A DNA stretch of 64,000 bases from the NCBI GenBank assembly GCA_010093815.1, contig ML996575.1. One strand, written 5' to 3'. Under the pieces are notes generated by a model that was not told the origin of the DNA, did no database searches, and saw only the letters and a list, made by a program, of their open reading frames with translations. Shown here piece after piece: positions 51,724 to 64,000 of the stretch. Position 1 is the first letter of the stretch; each line of letters opens with the position of its first letter. The position numbers were made by a program, and so were the translations under genes. Source of the stretch: Pseudovirgaria hyperparasitica. Taxonomy: Eukaryota.

Positions 51724-53188
51724 ATGGCTTCGCTGGGGAACGTATGCAGGCTCTCTGCTCGCTTGACGAGCTCTCAATTGCGCAACAATGTCTCTGCTCG
51801 GGGTAGGCTATCAACGGTTCTAGGTCTCGACGATGCATCAGCTAACTGGTATAGGCTTTCGCACAGCGACAGCAAGCTTTGCAGCGCACAACTTTACTAT
51901 GCCAGCCATGTCGCCAACTATGACCGAGGGCAACATCAGCAGTTGGAAGGTCAAAGAAGGTAATGCACCAGCTGCATGTCTCGACGATCATAGATTGACA
52001 AATCTCAGGTGATAGTTTCTCCACTGGCGATATTCTACTTGAGATCGAGACAGACAAAGCTCAGATGGAGGTCGAAGCGACAGATGACGGTGTCATGGCA
52101 AAGATCACTGTGCGATAAGCAGAACTCACCCGCAGCAAAGTCAAGAGCTAATGAGGCCACAGCAAGGAGACGGCAGTAAGGGTGTAAAGGTTGGAGCTCG
52201 TATAGCAGTCCTTGCTGATCCTGACGAGGATCTCTCCTCTCTTGAGATTCCCGCCGAAGATACGCCCAAGATATCGCAGCCAGGAAAGTCGGAGAAGCCT
52301 ACCCAACAAGAATCTGCACCCGCGAAAGAGTCGCAACCACAAGAAGCGGAGCGCAAAACTGAAGTCGGAAACATGCCGTCGAGTGCTGGAGAGCCCAAGC
52401 AACAAAGCTACCCTCTCTATCCTTCCGTCCAATTCCTCCTGCATTCCAACGGCCTCAGCAATTCTGAAGCCTCCAAGATCCCGGCCACAGGTCCCAACGG
52501 CCGCATCCTCAAAGGCGACGTCCTCGCATACTTAGGCCGTATCGAGAAGTCCTACTCCGCCGAACAGTCCAAACGCATTGCCAAGCTCGGCCACCTCGAC
52601 CTCTCTAACATCAAGCTCGCCGCGCCGCACGCCCAGAAAGACATCAAGCCCACCACCAAAGAAGTCCAACCGGTGCCAGAACCCCCAGTCGAACTCTCCC
52701 TTCCCATATCCCTCACTGCTGTCCTCGCAACTCAGTCTCGCCTCGAAAAGACTCTCGGTATTCATCTCCCTACCTCCACATTCGTTGCGCGCGCAATCGA
52801 CCTCGCAAACTCCGACCTGCCCAACTCACCCAACCGCAAGCCCACCGCCAACGACCTATTCAATTCCGTGCTTGGTCTCGACAGCCTGAGCCCTCGCACT
52901 ACTTACGGACATTTCAACCCACAAATCACACCCTATGCGCTCAAGAGCGCCGGGGCCCCCGCGCAGCCCGTGCCTATGCATAAGAGGAAAACAGATATTT
53001 TTGATGAGATCCTCGGTTCAAAGCCAAAGACAAGAAACCTGCCCGCGCCAGCAACAGCGAGGCCCGTGAAGGAGGCAGTGAATGTGTTTACCGTCAGTGC
53101 GAGCAGAGGCGACGAGAAGCGCGCGATGATATTCTTGGAAAGGGTGAAGACGGCGTTGGAGGCGGAGCCAGGGACTCTGGTGCTGTAG
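51724..53188 (+). CDS. PDX1: Pyruvate dehydrogenase complex protein X (E3-binding protein), mitochondrial, 4 exons
   Basis: Presequence, lipoyl domain [45 protein letters not shown]3-binding [18 protein letters not shown], and fungal PX C-terminus ending [10 protein letters not shown]. Confidence 0.93.
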
Positions 53189-53928
53189 GTGGAAGCTTGT
53201 AACCTACGAAACAGGCAGGCATGCCTGATGTCTCTGACAGCCGCTTGTACAGTACATGTATGCTGTTTTGTTTTCTCTTAGCGATATAGAATTCTGCTTT
53301 GAACAAATGGCTATCTGGTAAAATTTTCACCCCTGTCTCTCCAGATGCTGCATATGCATATGATGCATGTGGAAAGTACTAAATGCGGCGTCCAAAGCGT
53401 GGAAGGACACGCAGGTCTCCGCCGAAGCCATGCATGCACGGAGCGCTTGAGCGAGATGCATAAGCAGGCGTGCCAGACTATCTTCGCAAATGGGGATACT
53501 CGTGAAGGGACGTGAAAGGTAAGTGTGTATATAGGAAGACGGCACATCAAACAATTTGCACACTAAGCTTTGGACAAGGACACAGTCTGGAATCAAAACG
53601 CAGTAGACGACCCACGAGCAAAGTGCCCCTCCAAGTTTCACAGGTAGTACGGCTCAGAATCATCGATTCGAGCAATGCAAAAGATTTCCACGTTGTTCAA
53701 AATCATTCTTCGTTACGCTTTTCTACAAAATGGTATTTTGCCTCTTCATTGTCTTATATGAGAGCAAACGCGACGTTCATCAACGCGTGGGTATATGGGT
53801 TTATTTAAGTGGAACAACGCGCTGAGGTATACAACAACGCCTCTCATGCTGCTCATATTCATAATGTTTCTGTTTCGGCAATGCTGGAGCTTCAAGCGCG
53901 TCATTACCACGACGGGATTGTAGGGAAG

Positions 53929-56921
53929 TCATACTCCTACCATCGACCTCAGTCCCTCGATCGTCCCTTGACGCCTCAACCCGCGAATACCTTTCCCAGC
54001 CCCAAAGACACTAAACATACCCTTCTTCATGTCCGGACTCGGCGGCCCATTCTCAAACTCGAACGGCAGAGCCTCACGCCGCGAGTCTTCGCTTGACTCA
54101 CTAGCCCGCGGCAAAGGAGGTACAGTCATCTGGTCGTTGCGGGGCGTCAGCTCGTTCTCGGAACTGCCACTTAATAGAGGAATTGTGGTTGTGACCGTCG
54201 AGATGGTCGTTTGCACGAAGATACCACTGCCGAGATCCATTTGACTAGGCAGAGAGGGTGCGCAGGGACCAGCGCGTACTTCGTATGCCGGCTTACGCAC
54301 GACGGCTGCAGTGTCAAGTGCAGGTTTCGACGCGGTCCTTGAGTGCTGAGAGGAGGGGAGAGAGTTTTGGGATGAGGGGCGTGAGTCCGATACGTCTGAA
54401 GAGAGGGGATGGCGGGTGGACTGCACTGAATATGATGAGTAGTTCGATAGCTGGGGCGATGGGAGAGGCCCTGTCTGGGATGCGAAGGCTTGGTAGGCTG
54501 CAAGCTGTGCTGCGCGACGATCATTTCTACGAAGGGGAACTGCAGGGGGGGTTGCATCATCGTCGTTATCAAGGTCGTCGAACTCGTCCGGCTCGTCAGT
54601 TGGGATGGGCTGTGGCTTGTGAATCGGTGAAGAGAGGTCGAGCTTCTTCATGCGTGATAGGGCGGCCTGGATCTTCGCAGAACCCCGAAGGATAGAAGGA
54701 GTTGATATTACAACTTCTTTCTCTTCTGAAGTCTGAAGCGAGGAGTAGTCGCAGGTATGGTTGGATGATGATGAAGAAAGTAGCGCTTTTGGTGTGGCTT
54801 CCTGAGGCGAAGTTTCTTGTGACCTGATGCGACGGTCATCAGGACTACTTGTGCTATGACAGCGTATAGACACTAAAGAGCTCGCAGGTGATGCTGCAAC
54901 AAACTCGTCGGAGAACGTTGGGGAAGATGCGTATGAAGACTTGCACGATGAGTTAGAAGCAGAAGATCGGATATCGACGATATCGTGCTCTTCAAGACTT
55001 CCAAGTGTGTCAAAAGTCGGCGTATATACTGTGCTATCCTGCTGTTTCGAGCCCGAGGGGTCTAATCGCACAGCAGAGGATGCCACTTCGTCGGAGATTT
55101 TTGCAGAAGCGCGAGGAGTTGATTCATCCAAGGGAGGCAGTATTGACTGTGCAGTTATGTCATCGCGCAGAGAAATGGACAAGAGACGTCTTCGTTCTAA
55201 AATTGCGGGATTGTTTTGGGATCTGTCTGCAGGAGTAGCCTTGGCCAACAATTCGTCCGATACAGTTGGAGTCAAAGTAGTATTAGACGTAGACATTCCG
55301 GGCCTACTTCCCTCACCGCTATCGGAGTCACTCATGCCAGCGTTCGATCTTATGGGCGGCAATACGTCATCAGACGATGGTGTGTTCATCGTGCCCTTCG
55401 ACGACGACTTTGAGTTCCAGTTATTTTCCATGATAGATAGCGGTGATAACGGGCTTGATGGCAAAGATTGCCTGCTTCCCAATTGCCATGAAGGAGTCGG
55501 ACACACTAAACAGCAAAGAGAATAGCCGACACCTTTGGTGTTGCGGACCTCAGGCGGCGCCCGAATAGCATGAATGAGCATCTGCAGTATGCCATAAGTA
55601 AGGAGCCACCGAACCTTACGAGCGTCGGCGGATGAAATACGCTCCTCGCTACGCTCACAGCACTCCTTTTCAAAGTACATGTACTCGCGTACGAATGCAT
55701 TGGAGGTAGCCTCGCGATTTATTGAATTAGTCGCTGCTATCAGAGCCCGCAACTGTGCGGCTCGCTCTTCGGCTTTGTTCTTCCTACTACCAAGTCCTAT
55801 TAAATTACGACGTCCGCCCAATGATGATTCTCGCGGAATTTCTGGTAACAACGGTAGCGGGTGCGGAAGGGGCTCGTATCGATTGCGAGAATTGAAAGCC
55901 TGAACGTTTTCCAAGACACAAACGCCTCCATTGCTTGGGTGCAGCAATGCTTGAGACTCAGTTGATTCAGTGTCTACCAGGTAGTCGTATAGGTTCCGGA
56001 AGTCGAAGTACATAGATGTGTAGAGTTCCTTGTTGAAAGCTTGCAGACTCACGGGGGGCCAGTATCCATACCTCCGCACGTAATAAGCGTGGAGGAAAGA
56101 CCGAAACCGGTCTAGATGGTCTCGGGCCGCTGTAGATAGGCCCAAGTTGTAGGGTGATATGTCTTCTTCTAGGAAGGATCCCATGGCTTCTTCGACGCGC
56201 TCGAGATGCACCTTGACCTCGAGGGAGGTTTTCATGATTTGAGACTTGGTGGCTTGACTGACTAGAGCAAACTCCTCGCTGAGATCCAATTCTTCGTTCA
56301 TACCAACGCAGTGTGCGAATGCATCGATCCACATGTCTTGGATCTGGAACTCTTCCGAGTAGTAGAGTATAGCCAGCGCGTGATCGGGGCAATGAGCAAA
56401 GCTCATATATCCCATAGTTCGAGCATAACCCCTCAGTTCATCAAAGATGTCAACATCAGCATCACGATAGAGTGCTAGTCGAGCTTGAAGATCGGCAAGG
56501 GACTTTCCAAGATTGGTGCCAACCAAGGGTCTGCCGAACAAAAAAGCAAAGAAGTTTCGAGTCGTAATATGATATTGGAAAGCGCTTTTTCGCGAGTAAT
56601 GGCTAGGGGCTGGGAGATAGAGAGACCACTGCTGAATAGTGCCGTCTTCGGACGGCTCTGCGACAACTTGCTCATTTAGAGGGGTACATCGTGCAAGATC
56701 GAGGGCTGCTCTGGGAATGCGTATGGCAGGGCCTCTTTTGGACTGTCCTTGGGCGTACAAATGAACAAAGCAGTTGCCTTGAGAATGCCACAGTTCCTTG
56801 TCCTGCGTGGTTGTGAACAAAGGCGGTGTAGAGAGATTATTGATCGGGAACTCACCTTTCTAAGGCCATCCCACGTAACAGTACTGCGCGAACGGCCGTC
56901 GTATCGTTTCACCGTCGGCAT
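53929..56921 (-). CDS. Conserved fungal hypothetical protein (DUF8004-like) with long disordered C-terminus; start may lie further upstream
   Basis: KRYDGRSRSTVTWDGLRK|DKELW..GNCFVHLY, HITTRNFFAFLFGRPLVG, WIDAFAHCVGM, HLDRFRSFLHAYY and DARKVRWLLTYGILQML. Confidence 0.8.
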
Positions 56922-59900
56922 GATTGTAGGATTTCTGGCAGTCAAGATGTGTGGGGGAGGACACATTAAGACTGGCATCACAGCCCGTTTGCGAGTGTCG
57001 GAATGCATGTCAATACGTCGGGTTCCTGGTGGAGCCGTTACCCAACGGCACGCATCAGATGTGTGCGAAACAGTCTGTCCTGAAGCTCGTGCACTTGCAA
57101 GGGACGCAAGGGACGCAAGGGACACAAAGGGAGCTGTTAGCGGCATTCCGGGATTAACAGTATTATGGATGGATCCTTGTATAATATGTTGGAGAAGCCC
57201 GGGAACGGATGTTCTACGATCGTCGAGTAAACTCCCACTTTGAGGGTTAGCTCTGAACGAAAATAGTCTTTGCGGTGAGATTATTGTCGAGCCGAGGATC
57301 ACAGCCAACAATGATGGCGACAATGAGCCTTTCAATACAGGCGTGTTATTATGCCCCGGCTGGACTTGAACTTAGATACTACTGTTGGAGTCGAGACTTT
57401 GTTGGTCTTTCTCTCGGAGGTTCTTCCGCTGCGGCGAATCAGTTTTGTTGTACAGAGATGGAACCGTGGTAGCAAAGCATGATTACGCCCTCGAAATTGC
57501 GGAGAGACTTGGTTGTGTCAGGCAGCTGCTCATTGCAGAAGTGGAGCGTTGAAGCGGGTCGATGCGGCGTGAGACAGCGGGATGTAAGTGTAGATGTCTG
57601 CTAGAATCGTGTCTTGTTTCTTCCTTGCGCAATCGCAAAAGGAGGCATGAAGTTTTTAAGAACCGAACAATTACGCCTCTGATATCGAGCGCTCCTCCCT
57701 GGTTGCTTGCCCCCTGGCGGAAGGCTACATTAGGGAATGTGAGGGGAGTAAAGGGGAGCAGAGGACAGTCTGTGGGCCGAGCCACGAGCAATGCAGACTA
57801 GAGGCTGTGGCGCACTCAATGGCTGCCGCTTGTTGGCTTGATGGCGAGACGAAGAAGCAGTGGATTGGCCGAGAGGTGTAAATCTGGCTACCTTAAGTTA
57901 GGAACAAACGCGTGAGGTCTCACCATCACTGGCATAACCATTGCAAGGGGTGTGGGCGCGCACGCAGAATCTGGAACCATTTGTGGACCTTACCGACGGA
58001 CAAGGCTTGAGCAGCCGTCAAGCTGAGGAAACCCGAGGGCCAGAACTCAAGAGCTCTCATCTCGACGGCACTTTTGGTCACCCAAGACAGGACTCCAACT
58101 CGTCAGCCTGAGAGTATGCAACCTTTATCACAACGCCATCTATCAGATGTCTTGAGCCAACAGTATCAGTACGGCGTTGACAAGCGATGTGTGAGCTTGG
58201 GAGGCCACCCTTGCGACAGCAACAAAGGAACGAAGACGTGCCGATGACGATGAATCAAGGGATGGAATGCGAACTGGGAATTACTCCGAGATGTTGGACC
58301 TGGGAAGCCGGTCCTGATGCAACAACATATATCGACCTGAGTAGGTATTAGGACGCGGTGGCGGGCGCGGCAGTGAAATCCTTCCAGACAGTGTCCGGCA
58401 CTGCCTGCGCATCTGCGGACCACGATGTTCCTGGTGTTTGTTCTGGAAGTATACCGTTACAGTTGGAGTTGGCATCATGACACGACTCAGCAGTGGGCAT
58501 CATTGCATCAATAATGAAGGGTCCGTGACGCAGTGACAGTAGCAGTGATTCAGTGACAGTGACAGACGATGAACTGACCTCTGTGATTATTGACAGTGTG
58601 CGTTCTAGGCTGCATCGGTGCATCCTGCCATCCGATCAGTCAGCCGCATCTGCCCACTCTCACCGCCCGCTCACTAGAGACACAACATTCTACAGGTAAT
58701 TATTAATCAATTAATTAATTAGCCTTCACATCTCAATACCACTCCTGAGTCCTGACGCCGCAATGCTGCATCTGCAATTTTTCACTCATCTGTCCAGGGC
58801 TATCTATTCTTAGCCCTTGGCCCAGGCATGTGCCTTACCGTGCATTGACGGTATGTGCGCCGGTATTCCTACGCTTGGTGTCTTATCTATCCATCCTGTC
58901 GTCAGCATAGCCAACTCCATTGTGTCTCATCTTTAGAATCAATCATTGTTGTCGAGGTCTATTGCAGCGCCGAGAAAGCTGCTCCGCTATGCATGGAAGT
59001 CCAAGCTATCAAGCGTACCATACCACACCATGCGAAACATACAATCAGATAATGTCAGAAATGCCTCATGCGACCTGACCTTCTCACGTCAACCGAGACA
59101 CATTATTGGTGTTTTTACCTCGCAGCCCTCTTGCCATCAGTGGACATCATTGAGCATCGCATTTCAGTACTTGTCTAATATCTCCTTTATCCTTCTGATT
59201 CTCTACTTGGAAGAGTGACTACTTCGTGAGAGACAGTCGCGCAGTCATCGTAGGGTGTAAATCTCGGCGACTATAGCCAGACTGGTCATGGAACTCCGCC
59301 ATGCGCTGTATCTATCAGGCAATCCTTTTGTGATATATATATATATATACCTTGTCGGATCCCATATACTTCAGGTGTATTAAATGGCGCAAGACTCTTG
59401 TCATTACCTTGCATCGATATCAGTATTCGAACCTATCCACTTATGGAACAAAGGACACAACGCGACCATTATCAATTCGCGAGGTCAAGGTCGCAGGCGA
59501 CAAACTTGGAAGCCAATAACCACAACATTACTAACATGTCCAAACAGATCGGCTGAGGCTCAGGAGCAAACTTCATCCTCGGCTATGCGACCGAATGCTA
59601 TTGTACTTAGTGGTGTGTCACGTACCAAAGTCCCCCAACGAACTCTATACAAGATCTGCCACTTCCTCTGGTGCATTCTTGAATGCTTGTCGCAGCATGA
59701 CAAAAGTTGAAAGTCCCATTGGTTCCCTCGCCAGACTACGTCACGTAGCGGGGCAATCGACTGGACCTAATTCGAAAGAGCTTGTTCTTCGAACGACCTA
59801 TTTCCTCTTGCCAACCTATAGATCTGCCCACGAGACAAATAGTATAGCTTCCACATGCTTTCGGCTTACTTAGTATACGTCATAAGCGTTAGGGACCAAT

Positions 59901-60041
59901 GTACCAACTAGTCTGATGCGCTGAGAGAAGTTGCACTTCCCGAGGCGCTTCGTATGGAGTATGGCACGATGTAGAGCTTAAAGATTGGGTCAAGTCACCC
60001 TTTCTAGACCAAGCCTTCATAAGATTAACAAATTTTTACAA

Positions 60042-61623
60042 ATGGTCATGGACCACTATAGGAATAGGAATATCGTGCTGACTTGGGCACTTCTTGCGGC
60101 TGCTGTATCAGCAATCGGGGCTAGCTACCCAACAAGACCACAGGACTTAACTACTCCTGTACAACAACGGATTGCAATCAGTGCACCACATGGTGAGCGG
60201 GATTCAGCCTTATGTTTCCTGGCTATCCTCCCCAGCAGATATGCTGACTTCCACAGCCGTATCGATTGGCTGGAACACATATCAGAAACTTGACAGGCCA
60301 TGTGTCAATTATGGTACTACTGCTACCAATCTCACCAAACAGACCTGCTCCAGCAACTCCATAACATATCCCACGTCTAGAACATATTCCAATGCTGTGA
60401 CACTGACCGACCTTTCGGCGGCGACGACTTACTACTATAAGATCGTGTCCACCAACTCCACCGTGGACCACTTCTTCAGCCCCCGGGTCGCCGGTGACTG
60501 TTCCTCTTTCACCATGAACACTATCATCGATCTTGGCGTCTACGGTGTTGATGGATACACCATCGACATGGACGAAACCAAACGCGATATCATCCCGAAC
60601 ATCCAACCCTCCCTCAACCACACAACCATCGGCCGTCTCGCTACCACCATTAACGACTATGAAGTCATCCTCCACCCCGGCGACTTCGCCTACGCCGACG
60701 ACTGGTACCTCAAGCCCAAAAACATTTTCGACGGTCAAAATGCCTATGAGGCCATAATCGAGCAATTCTACGACCAACTGGCTCCGATTGCGGCCCGCAA
60801 GCCGTACATGGCAAGCCCAGGCAACCATGAGGCCGCATGTCAGGAACTCCCGCACACGACTGAGCTCTGCCCCGAAGGCCAGAAGAACTTCACCGATTTC
60901 ATGAATCGCTTCGGTGCTACCATGCCCTTTGCGTTCTCCTCCACCTCGAGCGACGAGACCGCGCGAGTTGACGCGAACATAGCCAAACAACTCTCTAATC
61001 CCCCGTTTTGGTATTCCTTCGAGTATGGCATGGTGCACGTCACAATGCTCGACACAGAAACAGATTTCCCGAGCGCACCGGACGGGCCGGGTGGTAGCGC
61101 CGGCCTGAACGGTGGACCCTTCGGAGCACCGAATCAGCAGCTGGATTTCCTGGCGGCAGATCTGGCGAGCGTGGATCGCGGTGTGACACCGTGGGTTGTG
61201 GTTGCGGGGCATCGGCCATGGTACTCGACAGGCGATACTGGGTCTCGATGTGCGCCATGCCAGGCTGCCTTCGAGCCACTGCTTTACAAGTACGGCGTTG
61301 ATATAGCGGTTTTCGGCCACGTGCATAATTCACAACGTTTTCTGCCGTTGTATAATGGAACGGTGGATCCGAAGGGGATGAGTAATCCAGTGGCGCCGAT
61401 GTATATTGTAAGTGGTGGCACGGGGAATATAGAGGGCTTGAGCAAGGTGGGGAGTAATTACACGGGGAATGTGTTTGCGTATGCGGAAGATTTCAGCTAC
61501 GGTCAATTGGAGTTTGTGGATAGAGAGAGGTTGAAAGTGAGATTTCTGAGGAGTGAGACGGGGGAGGTATTGGATGAGAGTCTGCTCGTCAAGGATCATA
61601 CAGAAAGATTTATACGGCACTAG
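60042..61623 (+). CDS. Secreted purple acid phosphatase (metallophosphoesterase), 2 exons
   Basis: Signal peptide, FN3-like N-domain and all five PAP metal blocks: DLG, GDFAY, GNHE, VAGH, GHVH. Intron at ~60193-60256. Confidence 0.93.
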
Positions 61624-61963
61624 GTGGCACTGGTAGAGGATGTATGCTGCAATTGAATTGGAATTCTCATGTGCTTAAATCTCATATAGTCATCGATCCA
61701 ATTTGATCAAGAATCTATGGTCTCAGCACTCTCTGTCACGCTTTGATTAAGGTTCGTAGTCTCATTTGGGAATGGCATTGAGTTGAGCTTAAACACTGTG
61801 AACATATAATCCGAAATTTACTCCAGTCTTGTACTATCGCTTGCATGCAAAATATGATTTTGGATCGAGCGGCCAGTTATAATATAACGTCGTTCCTCAA
61901 CGTAACATGGACATTATTAGATTGACCAAGGTAAGATCAAATAGGGATTATGTAAGGGGCTCT

Positions 61964-63742
61964 CTACTTCTGCCCTGTATTCTGTCTTTTGGGTGGAGGT
62001 AAGTCCAGACTGCTGTCAGACTCGGGTGATGTAGACTTGTTGTTGTTGCCTGAGAATTCAATCTCGAGAAACCTCTCCCATTCCTTTTGATGCTCTGAGT
62101 GACACTCGCATACTTCATTCTCATTGTTCAGAAGGTCGTCCGCTCGAGGGAATTCCTGTTTGACCAAGAACCTTTCCAGCAGATCTTGCAAATTCTGACA
62201 ATCCTGATGCTCAGGAGGCACTAGTTCAACTCCGTCACTCTGGAGTTTAAGTTGTCCCCACTTTGGTTCGCTGTACCCATAAAGGAAAAGAATGAAGGTA
62301 TCCGTAATATATATTGGACTGATCCCGCCTGGGACGTGATCATTCTTTTGGAGACCAAACCTTTTCCCGAACTCTTTGTAAGTAAGCCAAAGACAACGAT
62401 TTCCATGTATGTCCACCGCCGCATTGATCATGCGGTCTTCTGGAACAACTGGGGATGACGGGCGGTATCTCATACTGAGGGTAGCCGAGCTAGGTTCAGC
62501 CGGAGAGCCTTCAAGGAGAGGAGTCCTTACTCCCTCGTACCAACGTTCATCGAAATGAGGCGCCTCGATTATGTGCTCGTGCCTTGACTCCTTGTAATGG
62601 TTTTCAAGCATGCTCACAGACGAATTACCCACAGAAATCCACCAAGCCCTGATGTCTTTCCGTAGTTCTGCGCGATTTTCCGGTTTCCCGAGGAAGTTCG
62701 ATAGACGGGGATCACGTCCTGATCGAGAATCTTTCGGACGACTGACGGACCTTGTACTGCTCCCGACCTTCTCTTTCAAATAATGTGCCAACGACAAATA
62801 GACCCATCGCTTCTCGCCGACGAGAGCTAGGACTTGCCTGGTTGTGTACATAATTGACGGCTTTTCTTCGATGTCCTCTTGGACCTCCTGATATCCAAGT
62901 AAGGCCTTCATAGCCTCATATGAGAATGTAAGTCTGCGTTGATCATTTCGACGATCAGGCAGCCAATAAGTGATCGACTCGATGTCCGCTTTATCAGAAT
63001 TTATCTTAGATTCGAAATTCCGCGTGAAGACAAATCTACTCTCCGCATGGTATAGGGAGTTTAACAGTCCATCATCTGTCCTTCCACCGAGCCCCCGGTC
63101 GCGGATGATGAAGCGTAATGCATCTTTGCTACTCTTGTTATCTTCGATGGAGACGAGAGCTTGCTGAGGCGTATTCAGGTCCGGACGTCGAAGACTAGTC
63201 GTAAGCCAGGCTATATGTTGGAATGCGTGGAGAGCTTCACTAGGCTTTGCTTTGAATTTGAACGACTGAGACGATCTTATGACTCCACCCTCTTCAAGTT
63301 CAGTGGTCATTATGTCCATCTTGATACTACTCTGTGGCGCAGTTACTGGTCTCTTGGGACATCCAACTGCATGCCTGAGTCGATCTTCGATAGCAATAAC
63401 AGCGTTGAGACCCTTGACTTTGGTAGTAGGCCAGACTGCCTCAAAGTATTCGTTGATAGTGGAGGCGCGGGATGTCGCATGATCGCTAACCACGCAGAGG
63501 AAGGAGCCTACATCCACCATCTTGTACTTGTCATCATCACTGGTTCTATCACTGATAGATGCATTGATGGACGCTTTTAACTCGTCGAAACCGAATTGTG
63601 CAGTGATTTCTACGTCGCATTCAAGATCGTTAGCGGGATTGGGCATCACACTCAATGCCAACTTAAAGACTTCCTCAATTTTCGCCTTGGGATTGATGTC
63701 ATAACTCTCACCAAATTCTGTAGTAGCTAGAGCCTGAGACAT
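61964..63742 (-). CDS. Hypothetical protein, 592 aa, single exon
   Basis: Long uninterrupted ORF with protein-like composition and no catalytic motif I recognise. Basic C-terminal PPPKRQ could be an NLS. Confidence 0.65.
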   Translation of the reverse strand: MSQALATTEFGESYDINPKAKIEEVFKLALSVMPNPANDLECDVEITAQFGFDELKASINASISDRTSDDDKYKMVDVGSFLCVVSDHATSRASTINEYFEAVWPTTKVKGLNAVIAIEDRLRHAVGCPKRPVTAPQSSIKMDIMTTELEEGGVIRSSQSFKFKAKPSEALHAFQHIAWLTTSLRRPDLNTPQQALVSIEDNKSSKDALRFIIRDRGLGGRTDDGLLNSLYHAESRFVFTRNFESKINSDKADIESITYWLPDRRNDQRRLTFSYEAMKALLGYQEVQEDIEEKPSIMYTTRQVLALVGEKRWVYLSLAHYLKEKVGSSTRSVSRPKDSRSGRDPRLSNFLGKPENRAELRKDIRAWWISVGNSSVSMLENHYKESRHEHIIEAPHFDERWYEGVRTPLLEGSPAEPSSATLSMRYRPSSPVVPEDRMINAAVDIHGNRCLWLTYKEFGKRFGLQKNDHVPGGISPIYITDTFILFLYGYSEPKWGQLKLQSDGVELVPPEHQDCQNLQDLLERFLVKQEFPRADDLLNNENEVCECHSEHQKEWERFLEIEFSGNNNKSTSPESDSSLDLPPPKRQNTGQK

Positions 63743-64000
63743 TTCTTTGAAGACATCGATCGGGTGATGGGCAAAGAATATTCAGTGGGGAGTGTCTATA
63801 GAGTGAAGAGTGTGTATAGCAGTAAGTACGCAAGACATGGACGCTTAAAGTAGCTCAACAATGTAAGTTGGGAGTGAGGCTAAACTGCGTCTTTGTTTAA
63901 CATTGCGCGCTCGAAACAATACAAGGAACTGGTAGCTTTCACAAAGAGCCGGTCGAACGCTACAGGAAACAAGGCAATGAACGCCAGAGTGGGCCTTTGT

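Noticed and set aside
41223..53188. CSN1, YTA7 or PDX1 as self-resistance genes for the cluster
   Set aside because: They look like ordinary housekeeping copies, are separated from the cluster by the NLP region, and show no sign of duplication in this window.
60223..61326. 367-aa antisense ORF overlapping the phosphatase
   Set aside because: Shadow ORF caused by codon bias of the well-supported plus-strand gene; no motifs.

Overview
Intron-rich filamentous ascomycete (Pezizomycotina) genomic DNA with about 19 protein-coding genes. The left part holds a conserved hypothetical gene, a probable GPI-anchored protein, a C2H2 transcription factor, an atypical non-RD kinase, the Ca-binding aspartate/glutamate carrier and a repeat-fused DUF1295 protein. 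The right part holds CSN1, YTA7, a mitochondrial hypothetical, PDX1, a conserved hypothetical, a purple acid phosphatase and an orphan ORF. Between them lies an accessory segment (~25.2-40.3 kb). Its core is a compact, apparently intact four-gene terpenoid biosynthetic cluster: CYP65-like P450, type I Baeyer-Villiger monooxygenase, bifunctional terpene cyclase-prenyltransferase (7 exons, 673 aa by manual splicing) and TRI4/CYP58-like P450, arranged as two divergent pairs with an AT-rich RIP-like island inside. An NLP (NPP1) effector gene follows, with a ~326-bp TIR element bounded by a 10-bp direct repeat in its promoter. Gene models were spliced by eye and no database searches were run, so all novelty statements are unverified.
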